From Pecten maximus (taxonomy: Eukaryota): 64,000 nt of DNA. The notes under the pieces were generated by a model that saw only the letters and a program-made list of their open reading frames with translations, did not search any database and was not told where the DNA came from. The stretch lies in contig NC_047027.1 of assembly GCF_902652985.1 (NCBI RefSeq), forward strand, positions 32,240,001 to 32,304,000. Direction: 5' to 3'. Positions 13,393 through 27,524 of this stretch are shown here, one piece after another; positions within the stretch are counted from its first letter, which is position 1; every line of letters begins with the position of its first letter. Both the position numbers and the translations under genes were made by a program.

Positions 13393-14559
13393 CAGTAAAA
13401 CTCGGATAAGTCGAAGTCGACGGGACCAAGCAAAATATTCGACTTATCCGATGGTTCGACTTATCCGTGTTTGTATACGGAGACAAAACCCGACTATCAT
13501 CGGTTGTATGCAGAACAAGTGCTTGCATGATAACATAGTCGAAAATAAGCAATACATAATAACAAAGAAATTAATTAATTGTACATGATAACAATTATTC
13601 CTTTATCTAATAAACAATATTGTGCACAGTTACAGATAAAAACAAAGTTCATGCGTAAAATAGTCTTTGACATAGACACACGATTTACACACGGGAGTCG
13701 CAAATGACAGCATAATATTCTATGAAAACGTTACATATATTATAAGAATATACATGTATATATTGTACTCATATTATTTATCTTTAAATCCGTTTATATT
13801 GTTCTCCAATTTAACAATATTAAACAATAAACAGTCCGGGAAAATTGATCGACCGTACGCGTGCTGATTTTGTATCAAAGGTGAAGGCCGTGGTCAGTGT
13901 TTTATCGGCTGCATAATCATGCATTGCCACAATCTTTTGAACAGAGTAAAAACATCCCGCATATCATTGTTACTATTGCATCTTCGTATTCAGAATTTAG
14001 GAATATATAGATAAATCAATGACAGACAGGTATTTTTCTTTGCATTTTTCGATGGAAGATATGTAATTTATCGTTTACTTTTTCCTTATTTTTTCGGCGG
14101 CCTTGTGCATCAAAACAGTAAACAGAACACATATTGGTTTGTAGACTAAAACGTGCACATTTTATTCTTAGTTATGTATACCTGAACGTTTTACTTCACC
14201 TGAGCACCTGTATAAACAATGGGATGATGCGTAACCGACAGCCGGAAACTAATAATAGGCTCTGTTTACACCGTTACGGGTGATCGGTCACACTCGGTCA
14301 ATCAGACGAGGCCAGCAAATTTTACCTGAGACAGCATGACGCCTCGATGTTCGACACAAAAATGGAAATTTTGGTATAGTTTAGAAGGGAGGGACCACAA
14401 AATATATTCGACACAACCGCAGTATTCGATTCAACAGTGTTCGAGTCATCCGTGCTTAATTTACTAAGATAAAGAAGGGAAAAAATCGGGACCGAACGAA
14501 ACGTTCGACTCATCCGATGTATTCGATTCAACCGTGTTCGACACAAGTGAGTTTTACTG
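13393..14559. mobile_element. Non-autonomous Tc1/mariner-pogo-type element (1167 bp)
   Basis: TIRs CAGTAAAACTC...GAGTTTTACTG, TA duplication on both sides, subterminal TTCGAC repeats, no transposase ORF. Confidence 0.85.
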
Positions 14560-14866
14560 TATATAGATTACAGGTATATATATATTACAGGTATATATAG
14601 ATAACAGGTATATATAGATTACAGGTATATATATATATTACAGGTATATACAGATTACAGGTATATATAGATTACATGTGTATATAGATTACAGGTATAT
14701 ACAGATTACAGGTATATATAGATTACAGGTATATACAGATTACAGGTATACATACATCTATACAGGTATATACAGATTACAGGTATATATATATATATTA
14801 CAGGTATATACAGATTACAGGTATACATATATATGTATTACAGGTATACGTACATCTATACAGGTG
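14560..14866. repeat. gattacaggtatata(ta)n minisatellite (continues at 13280-13392, left of the MITE)
   Basis: Direct reading; split by the TA-targeting element. Confidence 0.88.
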
Positions 14867-15092
14867 TAGGAGATATGATGGTTTCTGTAGCTCTATCTGC
14901 TGTCTAGATCTCCTTGTTGATGGGAATTTCATATTTTTTTCTCCTCGGTTGAATTTTGACTTCCCACTGTTTGGCAGTGTGCAGTATGTATATACACAAA
15001 TGATGAAATGAACACCAGTCTACCGTAATTTTTCTAAGATTGGCGCAGGTGGCCTCAGAGGATTGAGCAAGTGAAATAAGCTCTTTATCCCC

Positions 15093-15310
15093 CTCCAGAA
15101 TTACCTGAGTGTAATAAGCCCCCCCCCCCCCCCCATCCCACTCCAGAATTACCCTGTAATAAGCCCCCCATCTTACTCCAGAATTACCCTGTAATAAGCC
15201 CCCCATCTTACTCCAGAATTACCCTGTAATAAGCCCCCCATCTTACTCCAGAATTACCCTGTAATAAGCCCCCCATCTTACTCCAGAATTACCCTGTAAT
15301 AAGCCCTCCC
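15093..15310. repeat. Minisatellite, 35-bp unit (ctccagaattaccctgtaataagccccccatctta)
   Basis: About 6 copies. Confidence 0.9.
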
Positions 15311-15382
15311 CCAAACAGAGTTGATGCCCCCCTCCCCTTTTTATCTATCTTTTTGTATGATACAAAATGGTAAGTATTTGAT

Positions 15383-16471
15383 CTGGGGTGTTAATCCTGG
15401 TAAATAAGGTAAGCTGTCTGGGGTGTTATTCCTGGTAAATGAGGTCATGTCTGGGGTGTTAATCCTGGTAAATAAGGTAAGCTGTCTGGGGTGTTAATCC
15501 TGGTAAATAAGGTAAGCTGTCTGGGGTGTTAATCCTGGTAAATGAGGTCATGTCTGGGGTGTTAATCCTGGTCAATGAGGTCATGTCTGGGGTGTTAATC
15601 CTGGTAAATAAGGTAATGTCTGGAGTGTTAATCCTGGTAAATAAGGTCATGTCTGGGGTGTTAATCCTGGTAAATAGGGTAAGCTGTCTGGGGTGTTAAT
15701 CCTGGTAAATGAGGTAAGCTGTCTGGGGTGTTAATCCTGGTAAATGAGGTAAGCTGTCTGGGGTGTTAATCCTGGTAAATGAGGTAAGCTGTCTGGGGTG
15801 TTAATCCTGGTAAATAAGGTAATGTCTGGGGTGTTAATCCTGGTAAATAAGGTCATGTCTGGGGTGTTAATCCTGGTAAATAAGGTAATGTCTGGGGTGT
15901 TAATCCTGGTAAATAAGGTCATGTCTGGGGTGTTAATCCTGGTAAATAGGGTAATGTCTGGGGTGTTAATCCTGGTAAATGAGGTAAGCTGTCTGGGGTG
16001 TTAATCCTGGTAAATGAGGTAAGCTGTCTGGGGTGTTAATCCTGGTAAATAAGGTCATGTCTGGGGTGTTAATCCTGGTAAATAAGGTAAGCTGTCTGGG
16101 GTGTTAATCCTGGTAAATAAGGTAATGTCTGGGGTGTTAATCCTGGTAAATAAGGTCATGTCTGGGGTGTTAATCCTGGTAAATAAGGTAAGCTGTCTGG
16201 GGTGTTAATCCTGGTAAATAGTGTAAGCTGTCTGGGGTGTTCATCCTGGTAAATGAGGTAAGCTGTCTGGAGTGTTAATCCTGGTAAATAAGGTAATGTC
16301 TGGGGTGTTAATCCTGATAAATAAGGTCATGTCTGGGGTGTTAATCCTGGTAAATAAGGTAAGCTGTCTGGGGTGTTAATCCTGGTAAATAGGGTAAGCT
16401 GTCTGGGGTGTTAATCCTGGTAAATGAGGTAAGCTGTCTGGGGTGTTAATCCTGGTAAATAAGGTCATGTC
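15383..16471. repeat. Minisatellite, 33-35-bp unit (gtctggggtgttaatcctggtaaataaggtaagct)
   Basis: About 32 copies with three recurring variants. Confidence 0.95.
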
Positions 16472-17143
16472 AGATGTTTTTTTCAGATAAAATTTCTCTC
16501 CGGGTATTAAATTGGTGAGTTTCTGTGGTGATGGAATCATTAGCAGAGAGAAATAAATCAGAACTGAGGAAAAATTGAAAATCAGAATTTCATTTTATGA
16601 AGAGTTGATTGTGATGTTGGGAGGGAGGAACTCTATACGATGTAGACAAACAGGGGGTGGGTTTTGGCAGAGTACCACTGGTATCTTTATACATACACAG
16701 TTGATCCTGAATGGCCTAGCATACTTCTCTGATCAGGATCAGTCTTTGATAACTAGAAAACATTCAGCAGGTTTGGCTAATACCTGGGAAACTCAAACAA
16801 ATTACGTTGGTTTTGATGAACAGAGTGAGCATTTAACACCAAACATGTCTTCCTTTGTTTCTCGGCATTTTTCATTGGAATAAGAGTTCTGGGTTGAATT
16901 TGTGTTTGGATTCGAAGAATTTAGCTTCCCTCAGAAAAATCTTACAGCCTTTCTTACATGAAAGAAAACATCATGTAATTGTTGGTGTTTTAAGTACTGT
17001 GGTACGAGACTTAGTTTGTGGAATGTAGGCCATATGTATGGACTCTAAAAACAGATACTTTGCTGGTGGAGTTAGTTTTTCTCTGATTTTTATTTTTTAT
17101 GAAACCAAATTCTTTTATCGTTGCCTGGTGGTTACCTGAATAG

Positions 17144-17233
17144 ATTGAAGACGATGAGTCTAAGGGAAATTTTCATTACTCTCCGATCGGACATTCGTGG
17201 AACTAGACTTCGGCCGAGGCCAGGACGAAACTG
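17144..17233 (+). CDS. Candidate 90-nt symmetric cassette exon (or first exon from ATG 17154) of PHLDB
   Basis: tgaatAG|...TG|gtaaac; phase 2-2, stop-free (RLKTMSLREIFITLRSDIRGTRLRPRPGRNC); splice sites only moderate. Confidence 0.35.
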
Positions 17234-18949
17234 GTAAACATTTTATATGTTTTTGTTAAACTGCATGTATGTGTGGTCAGTATGTGTGGTCAGTATGTGT
17301 GGTCATTATGCTGAGATTGTTATAGTAACACAGTTACCATAGCAACTAAAATAGTCAATGTTTTATAAATCGTTTATTGTTTTATTTCATTTGACTTAAA
17401 TTATTTTGGATTCAATGTGAATGTTGTTCACTACAATATAGGGGAGAGTAGCAGAAAAACATATACTACAATTCACTATCTTTGATTTTTTAGGCAAGTT
17501 ACAGATCGGTAATCTCGAAGAAAACTCGTACACTGTTATCAGACCATCGAAACAGACTTCCCGGGCTTCATAGTTATCAGTTTATCGAAACAAAACCGTA
17601 TTCTCTTAAATTGAATATTTACAACAACAAAAAAATGAATTCTTGAAGTAATATTTTTTACTAGAAAAGATGTTCAAATTTCAGTTATATTTTGTAATTT
17701 TGAATTTATAAATTCAAAGTTGTCATTTAAAAAAAGAAAGAAAATATTTCTGTAAAAGTGTAAGAAGTAACATAAATTGTTCGTGTTGTACAAACATTTT
17801 TGTTATATTCGGAACTAATGAAATATTTTTTAAACTGATTTTCTATAAAATATTAACCTGAGCTTGTATTGCCTCGGGGTATTAGTATTGATTCAGTCGA
17901 CATCGAGGCCTCTGTGTGATCGGAAAAATATTGCTTACAGCAATACAGGTTGTTAGTTGATTTCTTTGATGTGTAAACGTCAGAAAATCTGATAGAGAGG
18001 CTGGCCTTTATTAGTCGTCACATCAATTGTCTATAAAAATTGACTGTTTTTTTTTAATTTTCTCATATAATGTGAATTTCTTTTTTCAAGGTTGGAACTT
18101 AATCATGATGAGAAATGATAATTAAAAGTTAAAATGTCTGCAAAAATCACACAATGGCATCATTGATTATTTGGAAATCTTAGAGAAAATGTTCAAAGAC
18201 AGCCTCAGGTACTTATTGATGGCATTAAAACCCTTCACAATCATCAGGTGACATACAGCGTTACAAAGCTGACTAGAAAAGTCAACAGTAATCTTTATAG
18301 TGCTCAATATTCCACAGTAAAACATATCTGTCTCTGAAGATGAATTCTGTAATGTATAAATTTTCAACAGCATGGTAATGTGTCTGACAAATGTCAGCGT
18401 TATCCTCAGTGTAATGATGACATGAACTCGTCATCTCCATGATGATTCACTGTCTCCGATGATAACAGGGGCAGAATTAACAAGAACAAAATCTCCGGGT
18501 AATACAGTAAATGTCAAATACATTGTGTGGAGGAAGTGATTTCACCCCTATCTGACTATAGAGAGGAGATTTTACCACTATCTGACTATAGAGAGGAGAT
18601 TTTACAAGGGCAGGGTTATCATTAGATAAAAGTTACTTGGAGCATGGAGGGTCAGTCTCCAGATAAACGGGGTTGTAGATGGAATCCTTACTCTGTATCA
18701 GAGCCAGGTGTAATGATAACAATATCCCCTCCTCCTCCCTGATGATCCTCTCCTTTCATTTAATATCCCCCCCAATCACCCCTTCTCCAATATATATCGT
18801 TCAGATACATTGTGAACACTACATTTCAGTCTTAAAAGGTCACTTGAGGGAACAGAGAAAATGTCCTTTATAGGCAGGTGTCACCTGTGTACAGGTATAT
18901 TTTGTGTTAGGGATCAGGTGGCCTTTACAAGGTTATTTGTATGAGTTGA

Positions 18950-19662
18950 ATTATTGATATAGATGTCCGTAATAGACAGGTTTCTGTAATTATTTATATA
19001 GATGTCCATAATAGACAGGTTTCTGTAATTATTTATATAGATGTCCATAATAGACAGGTTTCTGTAATTATTGATATAGATGTCCGTAATAGACAGGTTT
19101 CTGTAATTATTGATATAGATGTCCATAATAGACAGGTTTCTGTAATTATTGATATATAGTTGTCCGTAATAGACAGGTTTCTGTGATTATTGATATAGAT
19201 GTCCATAATAGACAGGTTTCTGTAATTATTGATATATAGTTGTCCGTAATAGACAGGTTTCTGTAATTATTGATATAGATGTCCTTAATAGACAGGTTTC
19301 TGTAATTATTGATATATATGTTCGTAATAGACAGGTTTCTGTAATTATTGATATAGATGGCCGTAATAGACAGGTTTCTGTAATTATTGATATAGATGTC
19401 TGTAATAGACAGGTTTCTGTGATTATTGATATAGATGTCCGTAATAGACAGGTTTCTGTGATTATTGATATAGATGTCCGTAATAGACAGGTTTCTGTAA
19501 TTATTGATATAGATGTCCGTAATAGACAGGTTTCTGTAATTATTGATATAGATGTCCGTAATAGACAGGTTTCTGTGATTATTGATATAGATGTCCATAA
19601 TGGACAGGTTTCTGTAATTATTGATATAGATGTCCGTAATAGACAGGTTTCTGTAATTATTA
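18950..19662. repeat. Minisatellite, 39-bp unit
   Basis: attattgatatagatgtccgtaatagacaggtttctgta, about 18 copies. Confidence 0.95.
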
Positions 19663-20847
19663 GCTACATACAGGTGACCATTATAAACAGGTTTTTGCTA
19701 TATATATATATATATATACTCAGATGTCTTGTTAGATGGGTTTGACTGTACTTATATTATATTTCTTGAAATGACAATTGTTGCTGCCAAGAAAATCCAT
19801 TCTGTAGCATAAGGAACATTGATAACCTGTAAAGTCTCTAGTTAATCCTCGTCAGGGTACGACTGATTCTCTGGTGGGGGGTACAGATACTGGTACGACT
19901 GATTCTCTGGTGGGGGTTACAGATACTGGACGGTCATGTTACAAAAAGTATAATTAACTGACATCTTTGGGTCAAGGTCACTTAGCTGTTACTCTTTTTA
20001 GCAGGGGTGGGTAGGGGACATCGTATTTGTTTAGCAATATATTACCAAGCATGTTTGTTAAAGAAAATGTCTGTGCTATGTTGGTATATTTACTTGATTG
20101 ATGAAGTCAGTTGGATATTTCTAATTCCAAATGTTAAACATCAAATGTTTTTATTTTTTTTCATGTATAATGTAGGCACCACATCATGGATTATTTTGTT
20201 TAAACTCAGACATTTTAAGACATGAATTTTAAAATAAAAATACAATTTCCCTGCTCAATACAACAAAATTGATTGGTTTTAATTGAATGATGCACTCAAA
20301 TTTAATTACTCCGAGTTCAGCTAACATCAGAAAACAAAACCAAAATCAATTCAGTGAAAAAAGGGAAGAACAAAATCAAATCCAAACAATTATAGCAGAA
20401 AATGAAACAGAAAAGTACAAAATAAATGTCAGTCGCACACAGTAAAGAACTGCCGTACACAAAGTCCACATGACATGGCTTGTCGAGTGTCACCATAACA
20501 TTGAATACTAGAGAGAGAGGCTGTAATACAAGACTACTGTAGCGACCATAACATGGTCTACGGCAGTCCATTAGGTAATCGACTTGTTAAAACATGAAAA
20601 AGACATCACTATTAATACCTCCGCATAGATTTATGGTCCCTCGCGGCATTGTCCCGTAACTCGAGGATGACGAATGCTGTAATACTTCCAATTATGATAT
20701 AACATGAGGCATTCATCTCCATTGGACCTGAAAAAAAGCAGTTGGATATGACGAGCATTTTGTTCTGATTGTGTTGCAGGAGTTTGTAGTATTAATGACA
20801 GCCTACGTAAAAATGACTGAAGATGAATCAAGTTTGTGTGGTGATAT

Positions 20848-21930
20848 CTTAGTCATTTATGTCATTAAACCATTATACTATTTATATTCTTAGTAAACTA
20901 AAATTTAGTCATTTCTGTGTTTAAACCATTGTACTTGTGATGATCTGAGTAAACTAAAATAAAGTCATTTCTGTTATTAAACCATTATACTATTTATATT
21001 CTTAGTAAACTAAAATTTAGTCATTTCTGTGTTTAAACCATTGTACTTGTGATGATCTGAGTAAACTAAAATTTAGTCATTTCTGTGTTTAAACCATTAT
21101 ACTATTTATATTCTTAGTAAACTAAAATTTAGTCATTTCTGTGTTTAAACCATTGTACTTGTGATGATCTGAGTAAACTAAAATAAAGTCATTTCTGTTA
21201 TTAAACCATTATACTATTTATATTTTTAGTAAACTAAAATTTAGTCATTTCTGTGTTTAAACCATTGTACTTGTGATGATCTGAGTAAACTAAAATTTAG
21301 TCATTTCTGTGTTTAAACCATTATACTATTTATATTCTTAGTAAACTAAAATTTAGTCATTTCTGTGTTTAAACCATTGTACTTGTGATGATCTGAGTAA
21401 ACTAAAATAAAATCATTTCTGTTATTAAACCATTATACTATTTATATTCTTAGTAAACTAAAATTTAGTCATTTCTGTGTTTAAACCATAATATTGTACT
21501 TGTGATGATCTGAGTAAACTAAAATTTAGTCATTTCTGTGTTTAAACCATTATACTATTTATATTCTTAGTAAACTAAAATTTAGTCATTTCTGTGTGTA
21601 AACCATTATACTATTTATATTCTTAGTAAACTAAAATCTAGTCATTTCTGTGTTTAAACCATTGTACTTGTGATGATCTGAGTAAACTAAAATAAAGTCA
21701 TTTATGTTATTAAACCATTATACTATTTATATTCTTAGTAAACTAAAATTTAGTCATTTCTGTGTTTAAACCATTATACTATTTATATTCTTAGTAAACT
21801 AAAATTTAGTCATTTCTGTGTTTAAACCATTGTACTTGTGATGATATGAGTAAACTAAAATTAAGTCATTTCTGTGTTAAAACTATTGTACTATTTATGT
21901 TCTGAGTAAACTAAAATTTAGTCATTTCTA
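20848..21930. repeat. Minisatellite, 56-bp unit with two alternating variants
   Basis: agtaaactaaaatttagtcatttctgtgtttaaacc + (attatactatttatattctt or attgtacttgtgatgatctg); about 19 copies. Confidence 0.95.
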
Positions 21931-22156
21931 TTATGCTGAAACCATTGTTCTATAACCTTTCGAAGTGTACAGAAATTTAATCGTTCGTGTTCTATAATCT
22001 GCTTAAATTTGAAAACAAATTTTAATTTTACTTGAGTACACCTAGAAGTAAAGTTTGCAATATCATTGTTGTTTGAGCCGACAGGTAAATCTAAAAATAT
22101 ACTGTTCATCGGCCATTATTAGTATTACAATGTTCGGGAGTGCACCAGTGATATAT

Positions 22157-22425
22157 ACGAGGGATATTTATCATTTCAATATGAGATGTGAGGGATATTT
22201 ACTACAGTGGTATATTTCTATGAAATGTGAGGGATATTTATCATTTCAATATGAGATGTGAGGGATATTTACTACAGAGGTATATTTCTATGAGATGTGA
22301 GTGACATTTACTACAGTGGTATATTTCTATGAAATGTGAGGGATATTTATCATTTCAATATGAGATGTGAGGGACATTTACTACAGAGGTATATTTCTAT
22401 GAAATGTGAGTGACATTTACTACAT
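22157..22425. repeat. Short composite minisatellite (atgagatgtgagggatattta...)
   Basis: About 8 alternating units. Confidence 0.8.
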
Positions 22426-23384
22426 GCTATTTCATATTTTTAGAATTAATCGATTATTGGTAAAGTTTTTTATTTTTTAATGTTAGTTTTATCATGCAGA
22501 TCCCTTTTGTGATATTGTTATTGAATATTAAATATTAAACAATTTAACTTGATAAATGAAAGATTTGTATCAAATTCATTAACCAGAACATCCCCAACAT
22601 GTGACAATTAGTTACAGACTTCATTCAGCTCATCTCTACATAAAATGTAGCCTCTTGTATATAATTACATTAATCATAATTGATATGAATTTTAATCAAT
22701 AACACATCAGGTTTGACCTGAGTACTTGCCAATAAAATGTCCGATCATAACTGGTCAGCGGTCAGCGGTGATACAGTAGTTCACACTGTTTACCTGTCTT
22801 AGAGGGAATCAATTACTTAATGGCAGGTATTAACGAGATGTTTAGGAGCACACCTGGCACAATTGATCGGAGATCAACAACACTTGGTGACCAGGTGTGT
22901 ATCACGAGACAATAACATAACTCTTAGATACACACAGGGAAACACTTTGGTCAGCTTGTATGTGAACCATCAGACAGTCGACAAACTTGATTTCCTCTTC
23001 CTTGTAATGAGGTTGGACACTTATATAAGTGTTTCACTTTGTTCTATGTTTGACATACAATATTACATATGGTTTTAATAACAAAGTTTTACCCCACTAG
23101 ACCAGGATCTACTGATGCTGTGTAAAGCCTGCTCGCTGGGCCAGTCTATTGTCTAATGTTTTCTATGGTAAATCTAATGTGTGTCACCCTCTCGATTTGG
23201 AGGATATCTCAAAAACATAATATATACTTCAGATTTTCTGGGATCTTTAATCCTTTATATTTGAATTGCTCTATCTGTTCTTTAGATGATATTTGTTCGA
23301 CAAATTTTTCTTATGACAAGTAACTAAACTTGTAATCTTTGAGACAGGTGGTGTATTAATTAGAAATAAAACACAGGAAGTCTA

Positions 23385-23770
23385 TCAACACAGGTAGTCA
23401 ATTAACACAGGTGGTCTCTTAAGACAGGTGGTCTCTACTCACAGGTGGTCTCTAAATACAGGTGGTCTCTTAACACAGGTGGTCTCTTAACTCAGGTGGT
23501 CTCTTAACACATGTGGTCTCTTAACACAGGTGGTCTATTAAGACAGGTGGTCTCTAAATACAGGTGGTCTCTTAACACAGATGGTCTCTTAACTCAGGTG
23601 GTCTCTTAACACAGGTGGTCTCTTAACACAGGTGGTATATTAAGACAGGTAGTGTATTAACACAGGTAGTCTATTAAAACAGGTGGTCTCTTAACACAGG
23701 TGGTCTCTTAACACAGGTGGTCTTTTGTAGATGGTGTATTCTTATCTCAGGTGGTCTCTTAACACAAGTA
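23385..23770. repeat. Minisatellite, 17-bp unit (acacaggtggtctctta)
   Basis: About 20 copies. Confidence 0.9.
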
Positions 23771-24766
23771 GTTTTTATTAACAATTAGGCTTAAGACAGT
23801 TGATTTAGAGATTGCTTGTATTATTAGAGATCAAGTGTCCGTCAAAATGTTGAGAAAACACCTGTCTTAGGTGATCATTGTCATATTAAAGTATAGAGAA
23901 CACCTGTCTTAGGTGATCATTGTTATATTAAGGTCAGTAGAGGTTGACATAGTCTACAATGACAGATGTTCCCTCCGAGACTCTTCGTCTGTACACTGTC
24001 TGTCTTCCTGAGGACCCAGATCTAGCTGTATAGCCACCATAAATCTATATTGATCCTGGTTCCACTTAACGAGTACTTACTGCTCATTTAATCATTACAC
24101 TACCTTATACACAAAAACCTCTCCTCTAAAAACAATCAATTAAAATGAAACGTAATATATTGATCATTTTTTTAAAGCTCTTTGGCCACTTGAACCTGTT
24201 GATGGTGTAATCAAGTAAAATTGTTCGGGTAAAAATCTCCCGATAATATAAGTAAAGTGACATTTCTTACATATGGACAGCTATATTTGTAAATGGCCGG
24301 CTTGAGGTGAAGACAATTTGTCTTTAATCTGTGTGATAATTAGCTGTAGAGTGTGGCTGTCCATGACAGCTGTCTACGGCCAGATCTAGTATAGAGCTGT
24401 ATATATATATAACCCACTAAGTCATCAATAATCGTATTGTGTGGAGGGCTATTGACAGCGGTTGTATACCTACATGTTGGTGTTTGATGGAGCTAGGGCG
24501 GTACGACTGATGTTGTGAGAGAGGAGGTATGCTCACACATGTGTAAGTCACAAGGCGTCCAGGATGTGTGGTGATGATGTGGATATCCACGTCGCTGTGA
24601 TTGGTATATCTTGTACAATCAACTGGATTTAATCATTCTTAGAAATATCGTCTGATGAATCAACGTTTATCATCGCGAAAGGATTGACTAGCCGTTGTTT
24701 ATGCCGATTCGAGATCAGTGGATTTACTACGGAGACTGTGATTAAGTCTGGAGGAGGTTTAGTAAG

Positions 24767-24897
24767 GAAATATTTACAGGAGTAAATTACTGAAATATTT
24801 ACAGGAGTTAATTACTGAAATATTTACAGGAGTTAATTACTGAACTATTTACAGGAGTTAATTACTGAACTATTTACAGGAGTTGATTACTGAAATA
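24767..24897. repeat. Minisatellite, ~24-bp unit (gaaatatttacaggagttaattact)
   Basis: About 5 copies. Confidence 0.8.
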
Positions 24898-25584
24898 TTG
24901 ATGTAAAATAGACATTCTAGGACAAAGGCGAAGTGGAAGTTTCTTAAGAAATGTAGAGTTTACATTCCTTGATAATTGTAAATTGATCTTTGTCAAAGGT
25001 GAAGTGGAAATATATTTCAGAAGTGTAGATTTGATAAGTATAAAGTTGATCTTTGACAAATGTGTTGTGGAAGTAAATTCTTCAGAAATCTAAAGTTGAA
25101 ATTTCTTGATAAATGTTAAGTTGATCTTTGACAAGCATAAAGTGTCAGTTTCTTCAGAAATGTACAGATTTGACATTCTGTGGTAATTTCTTAGTAAATG
25201 TAGTTATGATGTTCCTATAGATAAACTTGTGTAGTAGTGATTTTGTCATAATGTAACCTCATTAACAGGTGTGATGGCAGCTCGGGCTTTAGACAGTTTG
25301 TTGATCTGACTCTCAATATGTGAGGGAGCAGAACCAGATTTAGATAGACAATCACGCTGATTGAAATGTTATGTTAACGTGATTATGACTTCCAGAATAT
25401 TGTCCTCAGGAGTGGGTTGTCATGTCCAAAACTTCATTGGTTTAATTCTCTGATTGTAAAAACTTATTGCCTGTTCAATGAGCTTCCTGCATTTGATTTC
25501 TAGGAAGGATTTATAAGTGAAGACCCATATCTTTCTGAAGGTGAGCTGTAAATATGTTACATGTATTTTCTGGATGAACGTTTC

Positions 25585-25985
25585 ATTACCTGGGTTACTT
25601 GTTGGTTATCTGGGTTTACCTGTCAATTACATGAAGTTAAATTTCCCTGTAAATAATATGAGTTTACCTGTTGTTACCTGGGTTTATCTGTTGATTATTA
25701 GTTGATTACCTGGGTTTTCCTGACAATTACATGAGTTTACCTGTCAAATACCTAGGTTTACCTGTTAATTATTTGTTGATTACCTGGGTTTACCTGGGAA
25801 TGGCATGAGTGTACCTGTCAATTTCCTTGGTTTACAGGTTGATTATTCAGTTGATTACCTGGATTTACCTGTCAATTTCCTGAGTTTACCTGTCAATTAC
25901 CTAGGTTTACCTGTCAATTACCTAGGTTTACCTGTCAATTACCTGAGTTTACCTGTCAATTACCTGGGTTTACAGGTTGATTATA
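25585..25985. repeat. Degenerate ~21-bp minisatellite (ttacctgggtttacctgtcaa)
   Basis: Direct reading. Confidence 0.8.
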
Positions 25986-27524
25986 CCTATTGTTTCGACC
26001 ACTTACAGTGTAGTTTAGTCCCTACAACAGTGTTAGTATAATCAGTTGTTTTCTAAGCTGGAAGTCTGTGACATTTAATCTTGTGGAGATGGAATGATTT
26101 ATTAATCAATACCGAGGATATCAGATAACTTTACTGATTCTGTCTTAATTTGTTTCATTTTCAGTTTCAAATTTGTTGAATTAGCAGTGAAACAATCCAT
26201 TATACCTACCTATGTGTTTACCCTGAATCTGGGATCAGATATTACCTGTTGTTAACGAGATTTTACCTGTATGGAGGCTTCCTGCTGAATCCTCATGGGA
26301 AGATCCTATGGAGATTGATGGTTTTATACAGGAAATTATCTAATCATTGGTGAATCTCTATCATTTTATTACCTGTATGCAGGTAATGGGCTATTATCAC
26401 TCAAAGTCGTTAGCAGGTGAAATTTAATTCAGAGAGTATGGTTGAAACGAGGAACGAGTTTCATTATAGTAGTTTTCTCTGACGTAAATCATTCTGTCAT
26501 GTGATCCTAGAACCGAACTTTTCTCTGACGTAAATCATTCTGTCATGTGATCCTAGAACCGATATAATCAATGCCAGGTAATCAGTTAACAATCTAAAAT
26601 TGACAACATCAAATAATATAGTCAAAAAGAAAATTTTTAAATGAATTATTCCACAATAATATATGTTTAAATGGTATTTTTTTGTCTTTTTATAAAATCA
26701 TGGAATTCAAAGAACTATAAATTCATATGTCAATATCAAAACAAAACAAAAAACCCCAAAAATTAAAAATCTAAAAAAAACAAAAAAGAGGTTTGTAAAA
26801 AATATACTTGAATTTCCTTTGAAGCAGGAAATGAGATAGGTACCACCAGGGTCAATGTTCAGAGACTGATAAAAAGTGTCTTATCGATGGCCATCTTATA
26901 TTTTCACAGATTTGTTCCTGCAATATCATTGGATCTTCCTGTAGATCTTAATAGCCTCTAGTTATATTCAGGTCAAGAAAGTTAAAAAAATCACAAAGAA
27001 GATTATATATAATACATGTAATTGGGGCAATGCTGCTAATATTTCTCTGCCATTTCTTTTTAACAATTAATTCTATACTTTATGTTCCTGCCTGAACACA
27101 GAATCTTACAGTCAGCTAAGAGATGATATTACACAATTTTGACATTTTCCAGTTTGTAAGTAAAACTAGCATCTGGACTAAAACAGGCTTTCGGAGGCTG
27201 ACAGTATTAAAGTGCTTGTTCATGTTCTCATTCTGCTGAATGTCTGGAATCTTATACAGATGTTGTTCTAATCTACAAAACAGTCTTGTCAACTTCCAAA
27301 CACGTGTATGCTGGGAAATGTCTGTCACACATGATGATGGAGCTGTAATTCATCAGTGAAGAAATTTCTGAATGAAAAGTTTAAAAATTTCAACTTTAGT
27401 TGCGAGACACCGTCAAAAGTCCTTTATTAATGGATGCCGAAGGATTAATTAGTTAACTGGAGTATATTGTCTTTGATCAAAGATAATAATTTAGTTGTTG
27501 TATCTGTGGGTATGTTCTATTGTT

